From positions 1,668 to 65,667 of the forward strand of contig DAIDMW010000001.1 in the NCBI GenBank assembly GCA_027448785.1: DNA of 64,000 bases. Direction: 5' to 3'. The stretch is from Candidatus Colwellbacteria bacterium. GTDB taxonomy: Bacteria; Patescibacteriota; Minisyncoccia; UBA6257; Colwellbacteraceae. The notes beneath the pieces are model-generated. The model was given only the letters and a program-made list of their open reading frames with translations. It ran no database searches and was not told where the DNA came from. The position numbers were made by a program, and so were the translations under genes. Shown here piece by piece: positions 26,511 through 35,550 of this stretch; the first letter of the stretch is position 1, and every line of letters begins with the position of its first letter.

Positions 26511-28013
26511 ATGCCTAAAATTCAAACGCTCTTAAAGAAAATAGAGAACCTATTAGTTCCTTCGCCGTCCATCGCCGGCTTGGTTATCGACGACTACTCG
26601 TTGCGCTATCTCGAGCTCAGCCCCAAGCAGGTCGGAGCCCCAAAAAGCCAAGCTTTGCTACGCTTGCCGCCTGGCATAGTCGAACAAGGAAAAGTAAAGG
26701 ATCGCGCTAACCTGGTGGCGGCCCTGAAAGAGCTGCGTAAGCAGATTCGCGCGGATGAGGACATAATCAATGTCGTTCTCTCCATTCCAAATTTCGGCGT
26801 TTATATGCAATCTTTTGAAGTTCCGGCTTTTGCTCACGAGGATCTGAAAGACGCGGCTGATCTGAATTTGCGGATGATTTCTCCGATTGATTTCGATCAG
26901 GCTTACTCGGGCTGGCAGAGGATAAGCGAGGGGATCTCTGACGCCGGCAAGGCTAAATTTTTGGGGGCGTTCATTCAGAAGGCTGCTATCGACGAGTTGG
27001 CCGAGGTCTTGAGAGAAGCTAACTTCGGGATCGCCACCGTTGAATTCGCTAGTTTAAGCTTGATCCGCTGTTTGCGCACCGGAGGGTACCTGAGCTTGAG
27101 TGATCCGCAAGTCGTTGTCCAGCCCTCGACAAGCGGGGTCAATATGATGATTACGGAGAGCGGCAGTCTGTACTTCAACTACTTCTTTCCGTGGACTGCC
27201 GCCGCCGGCGGCCTGACTGCCGAAGCGATGATAAGCGCGATCAACCTCGGTCTGCAGCAGATGGTTAATTTCTATGCCGGCCGCGATGGCGCGCGCATTG
27301 CAAACGCCATTCTCGTAACCGGCCAGCTCGGAGATAAGATAGCTCAGGGGATAAACCAAAGTTTTCCGGGACTGAATCTAAAGAGTTTAACGCCGGCGGA
27401 GGCTAACGTTCTCCTCGGTGCGGCCGAACGCGGTTTGATCAGAAAGGAGCAGGATATCGAGATAGACTTAAGCGGACCGAGCGGCTACGAGCTGTTCCGC
27501 GAGCACAAGATCATTCAGTTCGCCGTCACCTGGCGCAATATCGTTGCTGTAATTGTGAGTTTTGTTCTGCTGCTTTTTATCGGCGCCAACGTTTTCGTCG
27601 ATCGGCTGGCGGCCAGCACTACCGCCGGGATAAGCCAGGCCAACCGCGAGATAGTCTCGCAGTCGTTAAACAACCTCGTTTCCCAGGCTCAGAACTTCAA
27701 CAACCTGGTTGCGGCCAACCAGCAGGCAAAAAGCTTGATCGCCAATTACTCGCCGCTTCTAGGCAAGATTGGCCAGCTGGCCGGCGGCCTCTCGATCCAG
27801 CTTCAGCGCGTTTCTTTCCAAGGCGTGGGGCAGCCTGGAGTCATCTCTGGCACGGCACCCAGCCAAGCGGCGACAGTCTCCTTCAAAGACGACTTGTCCA
27901 GCTTGCCGCAACTCTCCGGCCTCGACCTGCCTTTCTCCAGCATCGTGCCGACGAGCGACGGGCAAGTTTCTTTCACCATCAACTTCAATCTACAGAACTT
28001 GTCGGGGCAGTAA
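26511..28013 (+). CDS. PilM-like actin-fold ATPase fused to a PilN-like single-pass periplasmic domain
   Basis: N-terminal IAGLVIDDYSLRYLEL (PilM/FtsA-like start), a TM helix IVAVIVSFVLLLFIGANVF at about residue 340, then a Q/N/S-rich periplasmic tail. Confidence 0.45.
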   Translation: MPKIQTLLKKIENLLVPSPSIAGLVIDDYSLRYLELSPKQVGAPKSQALLRLPPGIVEQGKVKDRANLVAALKELRKQIRADEDIINVVLSIPNFGVYMQSFEVPAFAHEDLKDAADLNLRMISPIDFDQAYSGWQRISEGISDAGKAKFLGAFIQKAAIDELAEVLREANFGIATVEFASLSLIRCLRTGGYLSLSDPQVVVQPSTSGVNMMITESGSLYFNYFFPWTAAAGGLTAEAMISAINLGLQQMVNFYAGRDGARIANAILVTGQLGDKIAQGINQSFPGLNLKSLTPAEANVLLGAAERGLIRKEQDIEIDLSGPSGYELFREHKIIQFAVTWRNIVAVIVSFVLLLFIGANVFVDRLAASTTAGISQANREIVSQSLNNLVSQAQNFNNLVAANQQAKSLIANYSPLLGKIGQLAGGLSIQLQRVSFQGVGQPGVISGTAPSQAATVSFKDDLSSLPQLSGLDLPFSSIVPTSDGQVSFTINFNLQNLSGQ

Positions 28014-28509
28014 TTCCCGCCTCTGCTAATCCGTTTTTAATCGCGCTTTCCAAAGGAGCTTCCTCTTCTTTTTTTATCTTACCCAAAACAAAGCCACCGG
28101 CTTTGGCGCGCAAACCTTCTTTCCGTATTCCAAGGCGCAAGCGGCAGAATCGGTCGGTGCCCAGTTCGGATATGACCGACTTCACTCCATTGTGCCCGGC
28201 CGCTCCACGCCCGCAGACCAGCTTATAGTTTCCCAAAATAATATCGGAATCGTCGTGGATGACTAATATTTCTTCCGGCTTTACCTTAAAAAAAGACAAG
28301 GCCGCGCTCGCCGCCAGACCAGATTCGTTCATAAAAGTGAGCGGCTTTACGACAAGTATCTCGCCTAAACGGCAGTATTCAAAATTTCCATGACGGCGGA
28401 ACTTCTCGCCTCCCGCCAGCATATCTGCGGCTGAGTATCCCAAGCTGTGATAGGTCGCCGCATATTCTTTGCCCGGATTGCCCAGGCCGATCACTATTTT
28501 CCACCGCAT
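27985..28509 (-). CDS. pth: peptidyl-tRNA hydrolase
   Basis: IGLGNPGKEYAATYHSLGY and HDDSDIILG...GHNGVKS motifs. Confidence 0.8.
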   Translation of the reverse strand: MRWKIVIGLGNPGKEYAATYHSLGYSAADMLAGGEKFRRHGNFEYCRLGEILVVKPLTFMNESGLAASAALSFFKVKPEEILVIHDDSDIILGNYKLVCGRGAAGHNGVKSVISELGTDRFCRLRLGIRKEGLRAKAGGFVLGKIKKEEEAPLESAIKNGLAEAGITAPTSSVD

Positions 28510-28548
28510 TTAGTTTTAGCTTAGAATCAAGGACCAGCGAGGTCAAAT

Positions 28549-28790
28549 AAAGCGCAAAACGAAAAGCGCAAAAGGCAAAAGAACCTACATCCGACGACTA
28601 GTCGTTATTTTTCGCTTTTAGTTTTTCGCTTTGCGCTTCCTAGACCCGTCCGTGTTTCGTATTTGGAATTTGTAAATTGGAGTTTGTTTCGGATTTAGGA
28701 TTTAGTGCTTCGAATTTGCCTAGCCACTAATCTCTAACCACTAGTCTCTATTTTTCGCTTTGCGCTTTAAGTTTTGCGCTTTTAGCTTTG
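28549..28790. repeat. composite intergenic repeat element E11
   Basis: aaagcgcaaaacgaaaagcgcaaaaggcaaaag...catccgacgactagtcgtta...ttttcgcttttagtttttcgctttgcgc + half AT-rich module + ttttcgctttgcgctttaagttttgcgcttttagc. Confidence 0.8.
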
Positions 28791-28911
28791 CCCCTTGCCC
28801 CTTCAGATGGATTATATTAAAATCCGGTGAGTAATAGCTGTTCAGCTGCCGATTCTAGTCAAAATGAAAAATAAACGGGGGAATCCGTCTTCCGGAAACT
28901 GTTTAAATTAA

Positions 28912-29454
28912 GTGAAAAAATATTTATTAGACGTTTGGGAGGTTTTAGAAACCTTAATTGTTGCTTTTATTTCCATTCTTTTAATCTACGAGTTCGTCGC
29001 CCAGCCGTTCAAAGTCGAGGGTGTGAGCATGCAGCCGAACTTCCAGAACGGAGACTATCTCCTGGTAGACGAGCTTACTTACCGCTTCCAAAGCCCCGAG
29101 CGCGGGCAGGTTATCGTTTTTCACAACCCCCAGGACGTGAAGGAGTACTATATTAAGCGGATCATCGGCTTGCCGGGCGATACGGTAACCATAGAAAACA
29201 ACCAGGTTTACGTGAACGGCAAGCTTTTGCACGAGAGTTATCTGCCGCCAGGTCTGCCGACCCCTGGCAACGAAACCGTGGTGCTGAAAAAGAATCCGGC
29301 TCAATATTTCGTTATGGGCGATAACCGGATTCTGAGCTATGACTCCCGCTACTGGGGGCCGGTGGACCGAAACTTGATCGTCGGCGTAGTACGCTTGCGG
29401 TTCTGGCCATTAGACGAGCTTAAGTTCTTCAACTACTCCTATGCCACCAGCTGA
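28912..29454 (+). CDS. lepB: signal peptidase I
   Basis: VEGVSMQPNF (Ser box), KRIIGLPGD (Lys box), and GDNRILSYDSRYWGPV. Confidence 0.8.
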   Translation: MKKYLLDVWEVLETLIVAFISILLIYEFVAQPFKVEGVSMQPNFQNGDYLLVDELTYRFQSPERGQVIVFHNPQDVKEYYIKRIIGLPGDTVTIENNQVYVNGKLLHESYLPPGLPTPGNETVVLKKNPAQYFVMGDNRILSYDSRYWGPVDRNLIVGVVRLRFWPLDELKFFNYSYATS

Positions 29455-30745
29455 TAGGGAAAAAAAGAAAAGTTCCACCGGAAAGGAGGCGCTCACTCCT
29501 TTTCAAACTCCGAAAGGCATGCGCGACATCCTGCCGGAGGAGTGGTCTCTTTTCGACAAGGTAGTCGGCGCGGCTAAAAACATCGGCGAGTTCTATAACT
29601 TCTCTAGAATCGACACGCCGATCATGGAACAAGCCGATTTGTTTGCCCGCGGCGTGGGCTTGGGGACGGACATCGTCGAGAAAGAGATGTACGTCTTTTC
29701 CACTAAAGGCGGAGACCGTTTGGCTTTGCGCCCCGAATACACCGCTCCGGTGATGCGCAGTTATATACAGCACGGGATGAGCCACCTGCCGCAGCCGCGT
29801 CGTCTGTGGTATACCGGCCCCGTTTTTCGACACGAAAATCCGCAGTCGATGCGCTACCGCCAGTTCACCCAGTTCGGGCTGGAGATCATCGGCAGCGCCG
29901 ATCCGGTTTTCGACGCCGAAGTCATCATCGGTTTTTGCCGCCTGCTCGACGAGCTGAAGGTTAAAGGCGTGTCAATCGAAGTGAACAGCATCGGCTGTAA
30001 AACCTGCCGGCCGGCCTACCGCAAAAAACTGACCGAGTACTATCGCAAGCAGGATATTTGCGAGGATTGCCAGGTCCGGCTAGAAACCAACCCGCTGCGA
30101 CTTTTGGATTGCAAAAATCCCAAGTGCCAGCCTTTGAAAGAAGGGGCGCCGAGCATACTCGACAACCTTTGCCAGAATTGTCGGCAACACTTTCGCCAGG
30201 TCCTCGAGTACTTGGACGAGGCGCAGGTGCCTTACGTTTTAAACCCGCGTTTGGTCCGCGGATTGGATTATTACAGCCGCACCGTTTTCGAAACTTTCGC
30301 TGAGGGAGAGGATGCTGCTCTGGCTTCTGGCGGGAGATACGATTACTTAGCCGAGATGATCGGTGGACGCCCCACCCCGGCCGTAGGAGGAGCCGCCGGC
30401 ATCGATCGCATAATGGAGGTTCTGAAAAATAAAGGGGCCGTTCCGGCCGGCAAGACTAAAGGAAAAGTTTATCTTATCCACGTCGGAGAAGTCTCTAAAA
30501 AGAAAAGCTTGTCATTAGTCGAGGAGTTCCGCCGCGCGGGTATTCCGCTGGTCAACGAGCTTGGCAAGGAATCGCTCTCTTCGCAGATGGAGCTGGCTGC
30601 CAAGAATAATGCTCCGCTGACTCTGATCTTCGGCCAAAAAGAAAGCTACGAGGATAGCATCATCATCCGGGATATGGAAAGCGGAGTGCAGGAGGTCGTG
30701 CCGCTGGGCAAGGTCATTGAAGAGGTTAAGAAGCGCCTAAGATGA
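29441..30745 (+). CDS. hisS: histidyl-tRNA synthetase
   Basis: GMRDILPEE, LRPEYTAPVMRSY, the TNPLRLLD insertion-domain block, and RLVRGLDYYSRTVFE. Confidence 0.8.
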   Translation: MPPADREKKKSSTGKEALTPFQTPKGMRDILPEEWSLFDKVVGAAKNIGEFYNFSRIDTPIMEQADLFARGVGLGTDIVEKEMYVFSTKGGDRLALRPEYTAPVMRSYIQHGMSHLPQPRRLWYTGPVFRHENPQSMRYRQFTQFGLEIIGSADPVFDAEVIIGFCRLLDELKVKGVSIEVNSIGCKTCRPAYRKKLTEYYRKQDICEDCQVRLETNPLRLLDCKNPKCQPLKEGAPSILDNLCQNCRQHFRQVLEYLDEAQVPYVLNPRLVRGLDYYSRTVFETFAEGEDAALASGGRYDYLAEMIGGRPTPAVGGAAGIDRIMEVLKNKGAVPAGKTKGKVYLIHVGEVSKKKSLSLVEEFRRAGIPLVNELGKESLSSQMELAAKNNAPLTLIFGQKESYEDSIIIRDMESGVQEVVPLGKVIEEVKKRLR

Positions 30746-31161
30746 GCGACTGCCTTTTTTGCCGAATAGCGGCCAAGGAGCTGTCCGCCGCCGTCATCTA
30801 CGAAGACGAGGCGGCCATGGCTTTTCTCGATATCCATCCGCGCTCTCCGGGGCACGCGATGATTATTCCGAAAAAGCACTGCGAAAACATAATCGATTTG
30901 CCGGAAGCGGAGGTCGGGCCGTTGTTTGTCGCCGTCAAAAAAGTTACCGAGCTGCTGCAGAAAACGCTGCAGCCCCGCGGTTTTACAATAGGCATCAATC
31001 ATGGTAGAGTTAGTGGCCAGGAGATAGACCATCTCCACGTCCACGTCATACCGCGTTACGACCTAGACGGCGGAGGATCGATCCACTCGGTGGTCAACAA
31101 TCCTCCCCGGGAGTCGATGGAAGAGACAAGGTCGAAAATTTTAGGCCAACAAGATAAATAA
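30742..31161 (+). CDS. HIT-family (histidine triad) hydrolase
   Basis: CLFCRI..., HxHxHxx motif HLHVHVIP. Confidence 0.8.
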   Translation: MSDCLFCRIAAKELSAAVIYEDEAAMAFLDIHPRSPGHAMIIPKKHCENIIDLPEAEVGPLFVAVKKVTELLQKTLQPRGFTIGINHGRVSGQEIDHLHVHVIPRYDLDGGGSIHSVVNNPPRESMEETRSKILGQQDK

Positions 31162-31163
31162 AT

Positions 31164-31382
31164 ATGCCAACAGTCATAGTACGACGGAAAGAAGGAGAGC
31201 AAGCCTCGAGCTTGGTTTATCGCTTTACCAAAAAAGTCCGGCAGAGCGGAGTGCTTTTAGAGGCCAAGAAGAGGCGCTTTTCCGGCCGTCAGCCGAACCG
31301 TAATAAGAGGCGATTATCCGCCATCCATCGCGTAGGGAAGTCCGAAGAGATGGGTAAGACTAAAAGGTTGGGTAAGGCTTAA
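31164..31382 (+). CDS. rpsU: 30S ribosomal protein S21
   Basis: MPTVIVRRKEGE..., basic 72 aa, S21-like pattern (GVLLEAKKRRF). Confidence 0.7.
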   Translation: MPTVIVRRKEGEQASSLVYRFTKKVRQSGVLLEAKKRRFSGRQPNRNKRRLSAIHRVGKSEEMGKTKRLGKA

Positions 31383-31399
31383 GCTTCCTAAACAAGTCG

Positions 31400-31786
31400 A
31401 TGCCGGCGATGGAGAAAGAGGCGCAGCGCTTGCTGAAGAAGGCTCTTAAACTATTGGGTCGCGAGCGGTCGGCAGCCGACATTTTTTTTATAGGCGACGC
31501 AGCTATGCGTCGCCTTAATCGCGTTTACCGCGGGAAGGACAAGACAACTAACGTCTTGTCCTTTTCCGCCCCAAAAAACTTCCCGCGGCCCGACCTAAAA
31601 ACGGGAACCACTTACCTGGGAGAGATCTACCTTAATATGGTATACATTAAAAAAGAAGGGGGTGATTGGCGAGCAATGCTGATTCACGGTTTGCTGCACC
31701 TTCTGGGCTTTGATCATGAAAAAATAAGTGATAAAATCAGAATGCAAAAACTTGAAAAATCTATCGCTTCAAGTTTGGAATTTTAA
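31400..31786 (+). CDS. ybeY: rRNA maturation endoribonuclease YbeY
   Basis: HGLLHLLGFDHE zinc-binding H3 motif. Confidence 0.8.
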   Translation: MPAMEKEAQRLLKKALKLLGRERSAADIFFIGDAAMRRLNRVYRGKDKTTNVLSFSAPKNFPRPDLKTGTTYLGEIYLNMVYIKKEGGDWRAMLIHGLLHLLGFDHEKISDKIRMQKLEKSIASSLEF

Positions 31787-31789
31787 AGT

Positions 31790-33016
31790 ATGGCGCAAAT
31801 ACCAATTTTAGGATTAGATGTCGGTTCAGACACGGTGCGGGCGGTGGTGGTTGAACCGACTCTTCAGGGGCAGATGATCGTCAAGTGCAACGTGACGCGC
31901 AAGTCGAAAGGCCTGCGCCGCGGCGTAGTGGTCGAACCAGACGAAGTCGTCGGGACTCTTCACGAGGTTTTTGAGGAAGTCGCCAAGACTTCGCGCCCGG
32001 CCTTGCGCAATATTTACCTCGGAGTGAACGGCACCGACGTTAAGACGCAGCTTTCTCGTGGCATCATCGCCGTTTCCCGCGCCAACTCCGAGATATACAA
32101 GGACGACATCAGCCGCGTCATCCAGGCTTCCGAGGCGGTCAATATCGCTTCGAACCGCATGATTCTGCATACCATCACCAAGGAGTTCGTGGTGGACGGT
32201 GTCGGCGACATCGCCGAGCCGCTCGGAATGGTTGGCGCGAGATTAGAGGTGGTAAGCCTCTTGGTCGAGGCTTTTGAGCCGGCGGTGAAGAATCTTATCC
32301 GCTGCGTCGAAATGAACAAGGGTAGTGTTTCGGCGCTCATATTGAATCCGCTGGCCGCCTCTTTGGCGGTCTTAAGTAAGAGTCAGCGCGAGCTGGGAGT
32401 GATCCTTATCGACATCGGATACAACACCACCGGCCTGGCTGTGTACGAGGAAAATAAGCTGGTGCATACCAAGGTCCTGGGAATCGGAGCGGGCCATATC
32501 ACCAGCGACTTGGCAGTGGCCTTGAAGATACCGGCCGAGGCCGCGGAAAAACTGAAATTAAGCTACGGCTTCGCTTTGTCGCACGACATTCCGGCTAAGG
32601 AAACGGTTGATTTAAGCGAGCTGGATGACACTCTGAAGGGCTCCCCTTCGCGGAAGTTCGTGGCCGAGGTTATTGAATCGCGGCTTTCGGAGATTTGTGA
32701 ACTTGTTAATAATGAATTAAAATTGCTCGGTAAAGCCGGGCACCTTCCTGGGGGTGCGGTTCTCGTCGGAAGCGGCGCCAAGCTTCCGGGAATCGCCGAA
32801 TTATTCAGAACGGAACTAAAACTGTCGACTAAGATCGGGTCGGCCGGACAGGAGCGCTTCGGGACGGTTTCGCCGAATATCGCCGAGGCTCTGGAGAGCC
32901 CGGAGTATGCCACCGTCTTAGGCTTGGCGCTTTGGAACCGCGAGCTGGATAAGGAAAGCCCAGCGAGGATTAAGAGCGGCTTGGTCAACAAATTGATAAA
33001 AAGTTTTATGCCGTAA
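31790..33016 (+). CDS. ftsA: cell division protein FtsA
   Basis: ILGLDVGSDTVRAVV actin-like phosphate-1 motif, ~408 aa, directly upstream of ftsZ. Confidence 0.8.
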   Translation: MAQIPILGLDVGSDTVRAVVVEPTLQGQMIVKCNVTRKSKGLRRGVVVEPDEVVGTLHEVFEEVAKTSRPALRNIYLGVNGTDVKTQLSRGIIAVSRANSEIYKDDISRVIQASEAVNIASNRMILHTITKEFVVDGVGDIAEPLGMVGARLEVVSLLVEAFEPAVKNLIRCVEMNKGSVSALILNPLAASLAVLSKSQRELGVILIDIGYNTTGLAVYEENKLVHTKVLGIGAGHITSDLAVALKIPAEAAEKLKLSYGFALSHDIPAKETVDLSELDDTLKGSPSRKFVAEVIESRLSEICELVNNELKLLGKAGHLPGGAVLVGSGAKLPGIAELFRTELKLSTKIGSAGQERFGTVSPNIAEALESPEYATVLGLALWNRELDKESPARIKSGLVNKLIKSFMP

Positions 33017-33017
33017 T

Positions 33018-34250
33018 ATGGCCGATAAAAAAAAGAGCAAAAAGAAGTCAGTTAAAAAAGTCGTTAAGCAGCAGGAAGAGGAAAAAGAGCTTCCTGTGAG
33101 CTCCGGGAGGTCGAAAAAGAACTCTTCGATTAAGTCGTTCGTTAAAATAAAAGTAATCGGCGTCGGCGGAGCCGGAGGCAACGCTCTAACCAGGATGGCT
33201 GACGATTTCGTTCGCGGCGTGGAGCTTATCGCTATCAACACCGACCTACAGGACTTGGAGGCGGGTCAGGCCAGACACAAACTGCATATCGGCGAGGCGA
33301 TCACTAAGGGAATGGGAGCTGGCATGAATCCCGAATTGGGACGGCAGGCCGCTGAAGAAAATCGCGAGGAGATCGCCGAGCTTTTAAAGGGAGCCGATAT
33401 GGTGTTTTTGACCGCCGGTTTCGGCGGAGGGACGGGTACCGGAGCTACGCCGGTCGTGGCTGAGATAGCTAGGGAAAAAGGAATACTGACGGTGGCGGTG
33501 GTCACCAAGCCGTTTACCTTCGAGGGGCAAGCCAGGATGCGTATCGCCGAGGAGGGACTAGTGCGCATCAAAGATAAGGTAGACACCTTGCTGGTCATTC
33601 CTAACGACAGGATTTTCAATATAGTAGACAACAACACCTCGATGGTCCGCGCTTTCGAGAAGATCGACGAGGTCTTGAAAAGCGCGGTGCAAGGAGTGGC
33701 GGAAATCATCACCTCCACTGGGCTGGTCAACGTGGACTTTGCCGACGTCAAGTCGATCATGGCCGAAGCCGGCAACTCGATCATCGGCGTCGGAACGGCT
33801 TCGGGCAACGACCGCGCCGTGAAGGCCGCCAATCAGGCGATCAACTCTCCGCTTCTCGAAATGTCGATCGAAGGGGCCAAGGGCCTGCTTTTCGGAGTAG
33901 CCGGCGGACGCGATATGCGCATCTCCGAGATCAACGAGGCGGCGAAAATAATCACCGAAAACGTCGATCCGGGCGCAAAAATAATTTTCGGCGCCTACCA
34001 CGACCGTCGGCTCAAAGCCGGGCAGCTGAAGATAACTTTGATTGCCACCGGATTCAACGGCATGGGGCTACGGCGCAGCGAGGCGGATTCGCTAAACCTT
34101 TTTCCTTTCAGCAAGGGCAAGCCGGTTGAGGGGAAGATAGAAAAAGAAGAAGGAAAGGAGGGGGAAAAAATAGTCTTGGAATCCGACGAAGAAAAGAAAG
34201 AGGAGGATGCTTTGGACGTGCCGGCTTTTATGCGCCGTAAGAAAAAATAA
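33018..34250 (+). CDS. ftsZ: cell division protein FtsZ
   Basis: VIGVGGAGGNA and GGGTGTGATPVVAEIA tubulin signature. Lys/Glu-rich C-terminal tail. Confidence 0.9.
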   Translation: MADKKKSKKKSVKKVVKQQEEEKELPVSSGRSKKNSSIKSFVKIKVIGVGGAGGNALTRMADDFVRGVELIAINTDLQDLEAGQARHKLHIGEAITKGMGAGMNPELGRQAAEENREEIAELLKGADMVFLTAGFGGGTGTGATPVVAEIAREKGILTVAVVTKPFTFEGQARMRIAEEGLVRIKDKVDTLLVIPNDRIFNIVDNNTSMVRAFEKIDEVLKSAVQGVAEIITSTGLVNVDFADVKSIMAEAGNSIIGVGTASGNDRAVKAANQAINSPLLEMSIEGAKGLLFGVAGGRDMRISEINEAAKIITENVDPGAKIIFGAYHDRRLKAGQLKITLIATGFNGMGLRRSEADSLNLFPFSKGKPVEGKIEKEEGKEGEKIVLESDEEKKEEDALDVPAFMRRKKK

Positions 34251-34279
34251 TTCCGTCCCGTTCTAAATAAAAAAAACTA

Positions 34280-34308
34280 TTGACGTCACCGAACGACGGT
34301 GTATTATT
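34280..34308 (+). promoter_or_regulatory. putative promoter TTGACG-17-TATTAT with embedded CACCG..CGGTG palindrome
   Basis: ttgacg tcaccgaacgacggtgt tattat, ~50 nt upstream of speD. Confidence 0.35.
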
Positions 34309-34358
34309 AACACGTTTTTTAGTCAATAAATCGAATAGTTACCGAAACAGTTAATGAA

Positions 34359-34754
34359 ATGAGCAGTCAGCGCCGCGGAGCGGCTTTGCCGAAAAGGAAG
34401 AAGGAGAAGATCGACGAGCACCGGCCATTAGGACGGCACATCATTGCGGATTTTTTCGGCTCGGAGAACCTGGACGATCAAGCGTACATCAAGAAGACGC
34501 TTTTTGAAGCGGCTAAAGCGGCCAAAGCCACGGTTCTGGGATCGAAATTCCATCGCTTTTCTCCACAGGGCGTAACCGGCTATTTGCTGCTCGCGGAATC
34601 GCACATCTCCATCCACACTTGGCCGGAACACGGATACGCCGCTGTTGACGTTTTCACCTGCGGCGATATGGATCCACACCCCGCCTTCCTTTTTATGAAG
34701 AAGAAATTTAAAAGCTCTTCAGTGAAAACAGTGGAGATTATGAGGGGATTTTAA
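34359..34754 (+). CDS. speD: S-adenosylmethionine decarboxylase proenzyme (small class I form)
   Basis: GRHIIADFFG and the ESHISIHTWPE self-processing motif. Confidence 0.75.
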   Translation: MSSQRRGAALPKRKKEKIDEHRPLGRHIIADFFGSENLDDQAYIKKTLFEAAKAAKATVLGSKFHRFSPQGVTGYLLLAESHISIHTWPEHGYAAVDVFTCGDMDPHPAFLFMKKKFKSSSVKTVEIMRGF

Positions 34755-34787
34755 AAAGCGCAAAGCTAAAAGCGAAAAAAATAAGAA
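34755..34787. repeat. half intergenic repeat element E12 (A-arm only)
   Basis: aaaagcgcaaagctaaaagcgaaaaaaat directly after the speD stop. Confidence 0.6.
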
Positions 34788-34870
34788 CAACCGGAAGATA
34801 AAGCGCTGGAAGCATAACGATAAAAACAGAGGTCGCGCCAGTTTCCTACTGAGCAGCGCCTTTTTTTGTT

Positions 34871-35452
34871 CTAGACGCTTTGTCCGAACTTTGCGAAGTG
34901 AATGGTTTCGTAGCGCGCTCCGGACGGAGAAAGTACCGACTCCATCAGTGAAATTCCGGCGACAAGGCTGCCGACCTCGATTTTTCCGTTCTGAATCGGT
35001 TCCTTAACCAGACCGACGGCCGATTCGGGATTGAATCGGGCTAGGGTTATGTGCGTTAATAGTTCTCGCTTTTCCACCTCTTTCGTCCCCGTTCCGGATT
35101 CGCTCAGCTTCGCCTGCAGCACGGAGCGCAGCTCTTCCGCTGGAGCGGAGTGCGGCCCAGTGGCCCAGACGAGGCGGGGATATCTGGCGTCAGGGCCGTA
35201 AGAGGCCTGTTCAAGGGTAACGAAGAAAGGCTTAACCTCTGCTGCCGCTTCGTCCAAGACTCTTTGGATCCTTCCTATCTCTTCCGCCTCAGCGTACCAA
35301 GGCGGAATGAGTGTCAGATGTAAACCTTCCCGATTTACCAGCCGCAGGGGAAGGTGGGTATTTTTGGCAAACTCTTCGATCCAGCGCGACAGGCTGTCGG
35401 CAGCCTCGGCGTCCAAAGGAAGGGCTATAAAGATTCTTCTCTGATCCTGCAT
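34871..35452 (-). CDS. thpR: RNA 2',3'-cyclic phosphodiesterase (2H family, LigT/ThpR)
   Basis: Two H-x-T-x motifs (LHLTLIPP and LTHITLARF), ~190 aa. Confidence 0.7.
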   Translation of the reverse strand: MQDQRRIFIALPLDAEAADSLSRWIEEFAKNTHLPLRLVNREGLHLTLIPPWYAEAEEIGRIQRVLDEAAAEVKPFFVTLEQASYGPDARYPRLVWATGPHSAPAEELRSVLQAKLSESGTGTKEVEKRELLTHITLARFNPESAVGLVKEPIQNGKIEVGSLVAGISLMESVLSPSGARYETIHFAKFGQSV

Positions 35453-35464
35453 GGTAGTAAAAAA

Positions 35465-35550
35465 TTAAAAGCGAAAGATAGCGACAAGGCGGGTGCAAAA
35501 CTAAAAGCTAAAAGCGAAAAACAATAACGCGGCTCTTTTGCATTTTGTGC
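35465..35550. repeat. intergenic repeat element E13
   Basis: aaaagcgaaagatagcg...gcaaaactaaaagctaaaagcgaaaaac...ttttgcattttgtgc. Confidence 0.65.
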
